Shown: piece after piece, positions 10,760 to 23,800 of the stretch
How positions within the stretch are numbered: the first letter of the stretch is position 1
How the letters are laid out: each line of letters begins with the position of its first letter
Source: Mobula hypostoma
Lineage: Eukaryota
NCBI RefSeq assembly: GCF_963921235.1
Contig: NC_086098.1
Coordinates: forward strand, 236,034,001 to 236,098,000
DNA: 64,000 bases
Direction of reading: 5' to 3'
The notes under the pieces: generated by a model
What the model was told of the DNA's origin: nothing
What the model saw: only the letters and a program-made list of their open reading frames with translations
The model's database searches: none
Program-made: the position numbers and the translations under genes

Positions 10760-12340
10760 AAGTTTCTAAATAGGAGAAAAGCCAATTTCGATGGCATCAG
10801 AAAAGATCTGGTAAGTGTGGATTAGGACAAGTTGTTTTCTGGTAAAAGTTTACTTGGTAAGTGGGAGGCCTTCAAAAGGGAAATTTTCAGAGTACAAAAT
10901 TTGTATTTGCCTGTCAGAATAAAAGGTAAACATAGCAGGTACCGGGAACCTTGGATTTTCAAGAGATATTGAGGGCCCGGTCAAGAAAAAGGTGTAAACT
11001 GGTGCGGGCAGGTAGGAATAAATGAGGTGCTTCAGAAATGTAAAAAGAACACTTAAAGAAATCAAGAGGGCTAAAGGATGGCAGGAGATTGCCCTAGTAG
11101 ACAAGGTGAAGGAGAATCCTAAAGGATTCTATAGATATTTTAAGAGCAAAAGGATTTGCAAGGCACAAAATTGGTCCTCTAGAAGATCAGAATGGTAATA
11201 CAGTATATACACGGAGTCAAAAGAAATGGGGGAGATCTTAGGTTATTTTCTGCATCTGTATTTACTCTGGACGCAAGGCAGTATCGGCTTCATGAACCCT
11301 ACTACAGAGGAGGAGGTGTTTGCTGTCTTGAGGCAAATTAGGATGGATAAATCCCCAGGGCCTGGCAAAGTGTTCCCTTGGACTTTGTAGGGACAATAGC
11401 AGAGATATTTCGATCATCCGTAGCGACAGATGACATACCGGAGGATTTCTAATGTTGTTCCACTGTTTAAGAAAGACTCTCTTTTAAAAAATCAGGAAAT
11501 TATAGGCCCGTGAGCCTGACCTCAGTAGTGGGAAAGTTATTGGACAGTATTGTAAGGGACCATATGTATACGAGTATATCGATGGACGGGGACTGTTTAG
11601 AGATATTCGGCGTGGCTTCATGCGTGGTAAGTCATGTCAAACAAATGTTGTAGAATTTTTCGAGGAAGCTACCAGAAATATTGATGAAGGCATTTGACAG
11701 ATCCGGCATGGGAGGTTGGTCAAGAAAGTTCAGTCGCTCGGCATTTAAGATGAGGTAGTGAATTGGATTAAACGTAGGCTTTGTGGGAGGAGCCAGAGGG
11801 TGATAGTAAATGGTTGCCTCTCTGGCTGGAGTCCTGAGACTAGTGGAGGGCGCAGGGATCACGAATGGGCCCGTTATTGCTTGTCATTAATATCGGTGAT
11901 CAGGTTGAGAATATGACTAACCGGATCAGCAGATTTCTGGATGATACGGAGATCAGGGGTATAGTGGACAGCGAGGAAGATTATCAGAGCTTGCAGCGGG
12001 ATCTGGACCAGTGGAAAATGGGCTGAAAATGGCAAGTGGAACTTAATTTAGCCAAGTGCGAGGTGTTCCACGGCGGTAAGACCATCCAGGGTAGGTCTTA
12101 CACCGTGAGCAGTAGGGCACTGAGGAGTATGGTAGAGAAAAAGGGATCTGGGAATACAGATACTAAATTCACTGAAATAGGCGTCACATATAGACAGGGT
12201 CTTAAAGAAAGCTTTTGGAACATTGGCCTTCATAAATCAAAGTACTGAGTACAGGAGATGGGATATTAAGTTGAAGTTGTATAAGACGTTGGTGAGGCCC
12301 AATTTGGAATATTGAGTGCAATTCTGGTCAGCTCCCATAG
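10760..12340 (+). mobile_element. Degraded CR1 LINE ORF2 fragment
   Basis: Remnants of KSPGP, GNYRPVSLTSVVGKLL, DDTEI and YKTLVRPNLEY, with many stops and frameshifts. Confidence 0.8.
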
Positions 12341-14504
12341 AAAGACCCTGCGGAAGGAGGTGCCTGGCCTTTGCCAGGTGACAGCAGTATCCCGGGTTGT
12401 ATCTCTCGGGACAGGGCGAAGCGCCTGTGTGTTGACGCTGTAATGCTTGACAATGATCTTCATTCACTGTCCACTAAGTAAAGTGGAACAAACAAGTTGT
12501 AAATATCTTCTCCCTCCGACGTGGCGCCAGGCGACTAATTCATCCGCCTCGCTCCCACATTACATAGCCAAATACAGTACAAACGGGTTGTTTCACCAGC
12601 ACCAACGCCCTAATATACCTGCCTGTACCACCAGCCCTGGCAAGGCACTCCATGTATCCAACCCTCTATACGTAAAAAGAAAAACATACCTCTGACATTC
12701 GCCTTATACTTCCCTCCACTCACCTTAACCTCTGCCACCCTGGGGGAAAGGCGCTGCCTGACTAGTCTGTCTATGCCTCTCATATGGAACGATCTGTCGC
12801 AGGAAGTGTTTCGGGCAGGTACAATAACAACATTTAAAGGACAATTGGATGGCTGCACGGGTAGGAAAGGATTTGAGGGACATGGGGCAAATGAGAGCAC
12901 ATGGGACTAACTTGCATGGACTCCTTGGTCGTGATAAACAAGTTGGCTCTGAGTTACAAATGAAAGTCCTTCTTCCCAGAACGGAAATCTGGGAAAAGGT
13001 GATTGTAGAAAAGTATATTGAGGTAGATTTTTACCCAGCGTGGTGGGTGTGTGGAACGTGCTGCCAGGAGTGATGACAGAAGCAGGTACATTACTGGCAT
13101 TTAAGAAACTCAGACAGGCGTAGTGACAGAAACGTGGAGGGCGATGTGGAAAGGAAGAGTTACTTCGTTCGTGGAGTAGATTAGAAGGGCTCGTATTGTG
13201 CCCTAATGTTCTATGTTCTTATTTGGGGGTCTATATAGGAGGAAGACTTTAGATTGATCTTAGCGTAGGTTAAGGAATCAGCATAACATTGAGGGACGAA
13301 GGGCCTCTACTGCGCTAGACTGAAGGGCGAGTTGCAGGGCAGGTGAGGGTGTGGGTGGGGTTAAAGGAGAGTTGGAGGTGTTGGATAATAGGAATGCGCC
13401 ATTTGGAGCCTTTATGGGCTGAATGGGCTCTCCCTTGTGGTAATGCGGGTGAGAGTCAGGTGTAAACCTTGCGCGCAGTCTTTAAGCTACAGTGTCGTAA
13501 CTTCACGCGAGCCCCAGGCGGTGAAAGTTCCGGAGTTGAGCTAATAAGGCTCCCGTTGTGTGAGTGCCCTTACCCACCAGATTCGTGCTTATCACACGTG
13601 ACCGTGACCAAACTGAATCCCGAGATATCCTCCTGCTCCTAGGGTCACCGAGCTATACAAACCGCTGTTTTGTTGGCCTTAGACAGCAAACGGGTGTCGA
13701 AGCTGAACTCCCTACTCCCAAGTAACGGAAGTGATAGTACCCAGTACATTACTGTAGTCCACCAGCCCCAGAACCACCACCCCGCTCCCATCGCCCACCA
13801 ACTTTCTCCCGGGGCCCGGGGTATAGTAGTATAGTAGCTATGGAGCTGCCCCCAACATCTCCCCCCCCCACCCCACTTTGCTGATCTTATTTACTTGGCC
13901 GTATATACGCTGCGGTAAATTCAGACTAATGGGTGGAAAGTCAAGGCCATCGGCGCGTTGCATGGACAAGGGGAAGACATTGGTTCCCTCCCCTAACCCA
14001 CCGTTCACAGGGGAACAGGGGGCTAGCACTCCTCCCCTGAACCTTTCTCACCACAATGCAACTTTGACCTATCGACCCCTTAACCCTTCGCCGACTGGCT
14101 TTGCATTACGTCCACTCATCTGCTGATTTCTGGCAACCCCGATTGACCCGATCCGCGGTTGTTTGAGGTTGGGGTTAGAGCGCCCGGATCCTCGCCACTC
14201 CCCCAACTCCTGCTCGGGAGCTAGATATTCTGACAACCTCTCTGTTTGTCCGGTTCTGCGGTAGTTCTCTCCCCTTGCTCCGGACTCTACACTCTCCCTG
14301 CTGCCGAGGAAACCGCTGCGGGCAAGTCGATCCGAACTGCCGGGCAGAAGGCAGGACAAACTCTCCATTTAACCCCTCGTGAACTAGCGTCGGACCTGTT
14401 GCGCTTAGTGACAGAGCGGGGTTGTTAAATGGGAACTACAGAGGTAAGTCTCAGGGGTGTATGTGACCTATAACCCCACCACTCTCCCGTACCCGTCCCC
14501 GCAG

Positions 14505-14587
14505 TTAACGTCGCCAATGACGTCGCAGCCCACAGACTGGACAGACTGGAAGAGACGTTCCCCATCCTCCAACTTTCGGTCGATGAG
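14505..14587 (+). CDS. plin6: Perilipin (PLIN6-like) exon 3
   Basis: (I)NVANDVAAHRLDRLEETFPILQLSVDE matches the PAT C-terminal motif (AN..A..GLD.LEE..PIL). 83 nt, phase 1 to 0, CAG acceptor and GTAAAT donor. Confidence 0.9.
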
Positions 14588-14789
14588 GTAAATGTGCCAG
14601 CGGACTCCCCGGGTGTTCCGCAAACTCGCAAGGTGGCGGGGGGAGGGGTGGCGGACCAACCTGATACCCGGGATCTACTCCCAGTGGGCGAGTCCCTCCC
14701 ACCGCCCGCAACCCCTTCGATGGATGAGGCCCCTAACAAGGGTCCACTCATCCAACGCCGCTTGTCCACACTCAGTCGCCATTAAAAAT

Positions 14790-16300
14790 TAGCGGGAAGG
14801 TAGAGGATTGGAAAGCTTTTAAAAACCTACAGAGAGAAACTAAAAGAATCACAAGGAGGGAACAGATAAAATACGAAAGCAAGCCAGCGGACAACGTCAA
14901 AGTTTACAGTAAAAGCATTTTAAGGTATGTAAAATATAAAAGAGATGAGCGTGGATATAGGACAGCTAAAAATGAGACAGGAGAAATAATAACCGGGGGA
15001 CAAGGAGATGGCTGATTAACTAAATGAGTATTTTACATCAGTTTTCATGTCAAAGACACTAGCTGTTTGCCAGATGTTGAAGGGTGTGAGGATCAGAAGT
15101 GAGTGTAGTTACGATTACAAAGGAGAAGGTGCTAAAAATAAAAATTGGAAGACCTAGTCACTCAGATCAGATGAACTGCACGTTGGTGTTCTGAAGGAGG
15201 TAGCGTTAGAGATTGTGGAGGCATTGGTAATCATCTGTCAAAAATCATTGGACTCTGGCATGGCACCAGAGGACTGGAAAATTGCAAGTGTCACTCCACT
15301 CTTTGAGAAAGGAGGAAGGCAGCAGAAAGGAAATTATAGACCAGTTATCCTGACCTCAGTGGTTGGGAAGATGTTAGAGTCAATTGTTAAGGATGAGGTT
15401 ATGGAGCACTTGGTGGCACAGGACAAGATAGGACAAAGTCAGCATCGTTTCTTTAAGGAAATAGGTAAGCTGCAGATGGTCTCAGACAGATTAAGAGAAT
15501 GGGTAAGAAAGTGGAGAATCAAATACAATGTTGGAAAATGCATGGTCATTCACTTTGGTAGAAGAAATATTTTCTAAACAGGGAGAAAATCCAAATTTCT
15601 GAGATGCAAAGGAACTTGGCAGAACCCCCTAAAGGTTAACTTGCAGGTGGAATCAGTGGTGAGGAAGGCAAACACAATGTTGGCATTCATTTCAAGAGGT
15701 CTAGAATACAAGAGCGAGGATGTGATGCTGAGGCTTTCTAAGGCACTGGTGAGGCCTCACCTTGAGTATTGTGAGCAGTTTTGTGCTCCTCATCTAAGAA
15801 AAGATGTGCTGGCATTGGAGAGGGTTCAGAACAGGTTCACGTGGATGATTCTGGAAATGAAAGAGTTATCATATGAGGAACGTTTGATAGCTCTGGGTCT
15901 GTGCTAGCTGGAATTCAGAAGGATGAAGGGGGATCTCATTGAAATCTTTTGAATGTTGAAAGGCCAAGGCAGAGTCAATGTGGAAAGGATATTTCCTATG
16001 GTGGGAGAGTCTAGAACAAGAGGGCACAGCCTCAGAATAGAGGAGCATTCATTTAAAATAGATGTAGAGAAGTTTCTTTTGCCAGAGGGTGGTGAATTTG
16101 TGGAATTTGTTACCACAAGCTGATGTGGAGGCCAAACTGTTGGCTGTATTTAAGGCAGAGCTTGATGGGTTCTTGATTAGACATGACATCAAAGGTTACA
16201 GGGAGAAGGATGGGGAGTGGGTCTGAGCAGGGGGAAAAGATTCAGCAGTGATTGAATAGTGGAGAAGACTCAATGGCCTAAATCTGCTCCTATGTCTTAT
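14790..16300 (+). mobile_element. Degraded, internally deleted CR1 LINE
   Basis: PEDWKIASVTPLFEKG...GNYRPVILTSVVGKMLESI and ALVRPHLEYCEQF, plus the CR1 3' UTR. Confidence 0.85.
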
Positions 16301-16648
16301 GGCCTTATTCCACTGGGGATGTCCTAATTCTAAACTTCATCAAATTTCATGTCCTTCACACATCACCCCCCTCCAACCCTACACCCGTCCCTGTTTCTGT
16401 AACCCCCCTCCAGTACCTACAGCCCTCTCCATCTCTGTAACCGGGTCCAGCCATACACCCCTCCCATATTTAACCCTTTCAGCCCCTATACCCTTCCATG
16501 TCTCTGTAACCCCCCTCCAGGCCCCACACCCTCCCTGTTGCCATAACAAATTTCCATTGAAAAGGCTGACCTTCATCATTAAAGGATTCTCTCCCCCCAT
16601 GGGCGTTGTCTGAGACCTTGTCTGACCTCCAACCTCCTTCACCACCAG

Positions 16649-16900
16649 GTGATCTCACACCTTGGAGAATCCATCAGCCTCAGCCTGCAGGATGCACAGG
16701 AGCGGGTCTCCCTTGGGCGGAAAGACCTAATGAAGAGGACGACAACTGCCATGGAGAGGTACAAGAGCTTATGGCCAGACAGGCCACTGCATTCCTCAAC
16801 TCAAGCCTGGGACAGGCGCTGGAAGCTGGGGGAGTCCAAGTCCTGGTCAGGCTGGACCAAGCAGTGGACCACTACCTTCCCAACAATGAGGAAAATGGTG
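16649..16900 (+). CDS. plin6: Perilipin (PLIN6-like) exon 4, with an apparent 1-nt deletion
   Basis: Starts VISHLGESISLSLQDAQERVS in one frame. The perilipin-like end (LNSSLGQALEAGGVQVLVRLDQAVDHYLPNNEENG) is in another frame. Length is 252 nt where 253 is needed. CAG acceptor, GTAAGT donor. Confidence 0.85.
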
Positions 16901-16999
16901 GTAAGTGAGGCAGGCCGAGCTCAACGGCAGCAGTGTCCCGTTACTAGACACCAGGATCCAACCGCAGGGATTCACCCTTGGGAGACAAGGCCAGTATTG

Positions 17000-18700
17000 G
17001 ATTTATTATGGCCTTCATTAGCCGGGGTCAAAGTTCATAGATTCCTCAAAGTTGCCGCACAAGTTGATAGGGTTGTTAAAGAAAACATATGGTGCGTTGA
17101 TCTGCATTAGTCAAAGAACTGAGTTCAAGAGCTGCAAGGTACAGTAATGTTGCAGCTCTGTAAAACTGGTTAGACTGCACTTAGAGTTTTGCTTTCAGTT
17201 CTGGTGACATCATTAAAGGAACGATGTGAAAGCTTTAGAGAGGTTGCAGAGGAGATATACCAGGATGCTACCTGGATTAGAGAGCATGCATTATGAGGAC
17301 AGGTTGAGTGAGCAGGTTCTCTTCTCTTTGGAGTGAAGAAGAATGAGAGGTGAATTGATAGAGGTATATGAGACTATGAGAGATACAGATAGAATGGGAA
17401 GCCAGCACCTTTTCTCCAGGATGTCAATAGCCAGTACATCTATTTAAGCTGAGTGGTAGAAAGGTTTGGGGAGACTTCAGAAGTAGGTTCTTTTACACAG
17501 ATAGTAGTAGGTGCACTGCCGCAGGCTGATACATTGGGACATTCAAGAGATTTTTAGGTAAGCACATGGATGATAGAAAAAAAATTGGGGTTTCGGGCTG
17601 TGTACAAAGGAAGGTTTAGATTGATCTTAAGAGTACATTTGTATTGGAAGAGATGACACTGTGGGCCGAAGGGCCTATACTGTGCTGTTCTGTGAGACAG
17701 TGAAAAACTTTGTCGTGTATGTCATACTTACAGATGTGAGTGTACTCGTAAGGAAAAAGTGCTGGAGAAGCTGAAAAGTCTGAAAGTAGTTAAGTTTCCT
17801 GCATCCCAGGGTTCTGAAAGAGGTAGCTGAAGGGATTGTGGAGGGATTAGCAGTGATTTTTTGAAGTTGTGGTACTGGAATAGTTCCATACGACTGGAAA
17901 ATCACTAATATCACCCCACTCTTTAAGAAGGGAGGGAGGCAGGCAAAAGACAAGAAATTATAGTCATTGGTAAGATGTTGGTGTTTATTACGAAGGATGA
18001 AGTTTCAGGATACTTGGAGGCACATGATAAAATAAGCTAAGTCACATGGAAAAGTCTTGCCTGAAAACTTTGGAATTCTTTGAGCAAATCATCAGCAGGA
18101 CAGACAAAGGAGAGTCGGTGAATACCGTTTACTTGGATTTTCAGAAGGCCTTTGACAAAATGCCACACATAAGGCTGCTAAACAAGGCAAGAGACCATGT
18201 TATTGCAGGAAAGATACTAGCATGGATAGGAGAGTGGCTGCCTGGCAGGAGGCAAAGAGTGAGAATAAAGGGGGCCTTTTCTGATTGTCTGCCAGTGGTG
18301 TTCTGCAAGGGTCAGTGTTGGAACCACTTCTCTTCACATTATATGTTAATGATTTGGATGACAAAATTTATAGTTTTGTGCACAAGTTTGCAGATGTCAC
18401 AAAGATAGGCTGTGTTGTGGAAACAGAGAGTCTGCAGGAGGACAGATAGGTTGGGTAAAGCACAAGAAAAGTGGCAGATGGAATATAATGTATGCTCATA
18501 CACTTTGATAGAGGAATAAAGGCATAGTTTATTTTGTAATTAGGAAGAAAAATCAGAAAATGAGATGCATAGGGATTTGGAAGTCCTGCAGGATCCCCTA
18601 AATGCTAGTTAACTTGCAGGTTGAGTTGGTAGAAAGGAATGCAAATGCAATGTTTGCATTTATTTTGAGAAGGCTAGAATGTAAAAGTAAGGAACTTGAC
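17000..18700 (+). mobile_element. Several degraded CR1 fragments
   Basis: SCLKTLEFFEQI...VYLDFQKAFDKMPHIRLL RT remnant and CR1 3' ends. Confidence 0.75.
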
Positions 18701-19957
18701 TTGGAATTGGTTTATTATTCACATGTACTGAGATACAGTGAAAAGCCTATCTTACATACTGTCATGCAGATTAATTCGTTGCAACAGTGCATTGGGGTAG
18801 TACAAGATAAAGCAGTAACAATGCAGAACAAAATGTAACAGCTACAGAGAAAATGTAGTGCAGGTAGCTAGTATGGCACAAAATCACAACAAAGTGTATA
18901 GTAGGGCCAAGAGTCTACCTAATCATACCAGGAAACCAAGCTTGGAGTTGTTGGGTGGAAAAGGCAAAGGGACAGAGAAGGAATCTGATGGGAGAGGGGA
19001 GTGGACCTTGGGAGAAAGGGAAGGAGAATGGGCAGCAGGGGAAGGTGATAGGCAGGTAAGGATAAGAGGCAAGAGGCCAGAGGCCAGAGAGTGGGGAATA
19101 GAAGAACAGGGAGAGGGAAAATACACCTGGGGTAGAAATCGTCATTCATGCTATCAAGTTGGAGGCTGCCTAAACAGAATGTGAGGAGTCACTCCTCCAA
19201 CCTGAGAGTGGCCTCACCGTGGCAGAAGAGGAGACCCTGTACTGACCTGTCAGAACGGGAATGGGGACAGGAATTAAGATGATTGGCCGTAGGAAAGTAC
19301 ACAAGACAGTTGAGAGAAAGACCATGCAAAAGAAGACCTTAGTATAAGGAAAGCCACTGTGCAATTCCATGTGGTTTAAGAGGTGGTCCATAGTGTTCCA
19401 CTGCTGAGGTGGGGTGAGTGTTGTGTCAGTGTGGAGACAGAGCTAAAGGGAAGACTTAAGGAAAGTCACAGATTTAGAGAGGGAAGGGGTGAGGTTTCCA
19501 TAATCTGGTTCCACGCGGCTAGAGGAACGACATCCAGTAGTGGGGCAATGAGTGTAGGAGATGGCCAGGGGGCAGTACAGGGGAAGTGGGACAATTCTGC
19601 ATTGCTGGGAAAAAGTAACTGGAGAGTGATGTAACATCGGGAAGGGGTTATAGAGCCAAGGAGAGGTGCAGGGGATGGAGCAGGGTTACAGAGGTGGGGA
19701 GGGGTGTAGAGTACGGTGGGGTTTACAGAAATGGGGAGGGCTGGAGGGGCTGGAGAAGTTTACAGAAACGGGGAAGGGTGTAGGGACCAGAGGGGTTTGC
19801 ATAGATGGTGAGCGTTGGTTGATGTGTTTGAGGAGGGTGATAGAGGGACTGTTGTACTCTGCTGCTATGACTCTCCCTTCCTTCATCACTGGAGGATGTT
19901 GTCTGTAAGTAGTTTGTACTTTCTCCCCATGGCTGCATGAGTTACCTCTGTGGTTTC

Positions 19958-20426
19958 TAACTGCAGGAGTATTGAGGCCATGAACTCCCAGCGCCAGCTG
20001 CAGTGGCTGGGGCACGTGTTAAGGATGCCCCCATGTCGGCTACCCCACAGAGTGTTATATGGCCAGCTACATCATGGTTGACGCTCAGCTGGAGGGCCGA
20101 AGAAGCGCTATAAGGATCAGATGAAGAATGCTTTAAGGAAGTGCAAGATCAGACCCAAGGACCTGGAGGATGTTGCTGCTGACCGTACCACTTGGTAACA
20201 GCTGTGTAGGGACGGGGTTCGTATTCTGGAAATGGAAAGAACAACCAGAAAACAGCAGAAGAGAGCCAGGAGAAATGCAGCCATGGTTGCCACCACTACC
20301 ACATATACATGTCCCACCTGCAATAGAGCTTGTAGGTCCAGGATAGGACTGTATAGTCATCAAAGATCTCACCATTAAAGGAGTGGACATTATCATCGAT
20401 TTTGATGGACAACCGAAGAAGAAGAA
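19958..20426 (+). mobile_element. 5'-truncated RTE LINE with (AAG)n tail and long TSD, inserted in a V-SINE-like element
   Basis: QLQWLGHVLRM...VLYGQL...GGPKKRYKD...CPTCNRACRSRIGLYSH. Exact TSD TGAGTTACCTCTGTGGTTTC at 19938-19957 and 20430-20449. Confidence 0.9.
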
Positions 20427-20898
20427 GCGTGAGTTACCTCTGTGGTTTCCTCCCACAGCCCAAAGACGTACTGGTTGTTAGGTTAATTGGTCATTGTATA
20501 TTGTCCCATGATTAGCCGAATGTAAAATTGGGAGGTTGCTGAGTGGTGTGGTTCAAGGAACAGGAAAGCCCAAATAAATGTTACCGGCACCTGTAAGTGA
20601 GGTTCTGTGGCACGTCGGATCCCGGCCAAAGCCGGGTGCCAGGGACCAGGCGCCACTCGGCACAGAGCCAGCAGTGTCAGCAGGTTCCTTGTAAGTTCTG
20701 CATCTTGGGTCCTGAGCGGCGTGTGTTCGGTCACTCCATCCCAGGGCTGAGCCGCTCACGTGAGCCCAGTGTCGGAGGGGTAAGATGTGGGGGGTAGGCT
20801 GTCCCCCACGCCACTCCATTCTGGTGCTAGGTATGAGTGGAGTCCACGCTGCTGGTATGCTGACTGACCACCTCCCTCCCTTTCTCTCCCTCCTACAG

Positions 20899-21077
20899 GT
20901 GAAAACCGTTCAGCCGGCGACGGACAGGCAGAAGAGCAGCTGGCTCTGGTCCCCTGGGCACGAAGGCTGTTACTGAAGTTTGGGCTCTGCTGGCAGGACA
21001 GGGCATTAGTCTACACAGAGACCCTATGGGAGGGGACCTTGACCAGCGCTCTGCTCATCTCCGAGGGCATGAACAGG
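20899..21077 (+). CDS. plin6: Perilipin (PLIN6-like) exon 5
   Basis: Strong polypyrimidine tract and CAG. Open only with phase-1 entry: (G)ENRSAGDGQAEEQLALVPWARRLLLKFGLCWQDRALVYTETLWEGTLTSALLISEGMNR. Donor GTAGGT, with an alternative donor GTGTGA after 21081. Confidence 0.75.
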
Positions 21078-21557
21078 GTAGGTGTGACAGCTGCCCATCC
21101 CTAACTGTCCTGCACCCTACCAATGGACCATCCCATCTCTCTCCCATACCCCCTTACAAAAAACCTGAACCCTTCAATGCCTATAAACCCCATAACTCTA
21201 CAAAGAGACACCGGCATCTCCCTCCCCATGAGTTCACTTCACAACCCCACATACCTACATATCCTAAACATCTCTTCCCAACACTGACAAGACAACCCAA
21301 ACTCCCCCACTTAATTTCCATGTCCACTCACCTTCCCATACATATATACCACTACAGAACACAACTTTGCTCTACTGACACCCCACACCAACCCACCCCA
21401 CTCCCAACTTACATTCTACATATCTGCCTCTCCACTCCGCCCGAACCTCTCCATCCCATGCTTGTTTGTCCCTCTCTTCTCTCCCCTCACGTCTCTCCCC
21501 TCCCTTCTCCTCTCTTCCCTCCCCTCTTTCTCCCCTCCTCCCTCCCCCCACCCCTCC

Positions 21558-23800
21558 TCTGTCATTGTCCACCACCTTCTCGGGTGTTTCCCATTTGGAC
21601 TTGGGAATGTCCAATCCACACTCAGCGCAGATGTATCTGTACACAATTCCTGCAACATGTTTGTACCATTCAGCGTATGCAGCCCCTGTCTGCATCTTGC
21701 ACCCTGTCACCATGTGCTGGATGGCTTCAGCAGATTCCTTGCACAGTCTGAATCTTCCGTCTTGTCTGCTGTGATATAACTTCACTTCGATTTCTCTTGG
21801 GCTGAGCGTCTGCCCTTGTGCAGCCGTGAACAGCCCCTCTGTGCTGACCCTCAGCCCCGCCGTTTCCAGCCATTGGTAGGATTTTCTGATGTCAGCCACC
21901 TCTGATATCTAGCGATGGTCCATCCCATGCAGTGCTTGTCCTGCCATTGGTTCTGTTTCTCGAGCTCTGCTTCACCCACTTCCATTTTCATATCCCCTGC
22001 CTGCTGTCTGAGGTATTCTCCTATCAGGTCATCCACAGGGGACATCTTCCTGACATAGTCATAGATGTTTCACATTTCTTCCAGGACCTTGACACTTCCA
22101 AGTCCCCATCCTCCTTTATTCCGGCGGGTGTACAGTCGCTCAACATTGAACATCCTCCGTGTATTGTTAGTGGTTTCCGGGTATTGATATCAGTAGCTTC
22201 CAGTTCATTCCTTCACCAGCACTCTGTTGCGGCTGGGTCTCTGTTGATTAGTGGGGCAAATGTGGTGATGGCTCTGATCTTGTTCTTCCCATTCAGCTGC
22301 CTTTTGCTTTCTGGTAGTTGATCCAGACTGTGCTTAGTTTGGAGTCTCGCATGACTGCTTTGTCCACCAGTACTTGGTGCTTGGAGACTCTGGTTCCATT
22401 ACCAATCGCCCTCTGAGCGGGGCTCAGGAATTTACACACATGTTCCTTCAGCTTGGTGGCTATGATGCCTGACAGGAGCTTCCATGTTGTTGACAGGCAG
22501 ATTATAGGACAGTAGTTTGATAGAGTTGCTTCTTTGTGAGGATCCTTATTTATGAATACTGTACTGTCCTTCCTTGAGTTAGCCAGCCAGAGTACTAGCC
22601 TGTTTCAAGCAGCTGATTAATTTGAGCTGCCTGCAGTGTATGTAATGCTGTCAGTTTCTTCAGCCAATAGGTGTGGATCATGTCAGGCCCTGGTGATGAC
22701 CAGTTCTTCATACTTGCTACCTGTTGCTGCACATGTATTGCTGTGATGGTGACTGGTTCTTCCTCGAAAGTTGCAGAGCCTTGCTTGTAGGTCTTTTGGC
22801 CACTGGGCACTGCTGTTATGTGATGCTTCTCCCTCACATATACTCTTCCAGTACTCCTCAGTTACTGTTCAAGTACTGGCATGTTGTCACTCTGAAAGCT
22901 GTGCTTTTCCTGGTTCTATGGAGAAGTGTGCATTTATTCTCTTGGCCTCTGCATCCTTAGTGTACCTTTGCCGTCTGGTAGCCCGAGCTGTTAACCCTTG
23001 CTTGGCAGCTTTCAGGGCTTCGGCTATGGACATACCTCTGTAGCCGAGATGAGTCTTTGCGCAGCTCATTTAGGCTGCTGACTTCTGCCATTGTGGTTTT
23101 CATCTCAGCTTCCAATCTTTGTGGGGAAGGGGAGTTTTGACAGTATTCGTTTTGTAGCTCAGCATTTCTAGAACAACTGCTGCCCGATGCATACATCAGG
23201 TTATTGTTCTCAGTTAAGTTGGAGGTTGCAGTTTTGAGTAGTGCTTCATTAGCTGCTTCTAGAATGCTGTCTGATGTAATTTTATCACGAAGGCTGGGGA
23301 GCCTAATTCATTGATTGACAGTCGTCAGTTTAGCCATGATCTTCTCGCCGACTGCAGCAGCCAGCATTGATATTCCCCAAGATGAGGTTTGAACGTGCAT
23401 TTCCCGTGTGCGAGGCAATGATATTACCTTTGCACCACCTGTGAGTTGTGGAGGTGGGGTTTGAACTCGTGATTCCTCATCGGCTCGGTTCTGCGGTGAT
23501 GTTGCGGTAGTGCGTCGTGATCGTACGTCCAATTCAAGATGTGATAGCGATCCTCTGTTGACAGTGTTTGCTCACTGGGTAACCAGCAGTCTTCGTTGTT
23601 GCCAGAGGCACACGTGTGCTTGGTGCATCCTCTTTGTCATGTGGGTTGCTGTTAAAATAGTATTCCATTAATTTCATGTTGTCCTGTCTCATCCATTAAT
23701 GGTTTATTTCAGTAGCTAATTTCTCACCAGATGGTCCTGGTTCTGCAGCCACTGGCACGGATCTTGTTAATCTGGGCGCTGTCTGAGCCGGCAGGACTCT
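21558..23800 (-). mobile_element. Degraded R4/Dong(Rex6)-clade non-LTR retrotransposon
   Basis: MKNWSSPGPDMIHTYWLKKLTALH (RT N-terminal region) and KSYQWLETAGLRVSTEGLFTAAQ...RLCKESAEAIQHMVTGC...HVAGIVYRYIC (zinc knuckle preceding the RLE domain). Confidence 0.75.

Noticed and set aside
13490-14430. CpG-rich unique stretch with an E-box (CACGTGAC) in perilipin intron 2
   Set aside because: No coding, RNA or repeat signature I can support; a single E-box is expected by chance.
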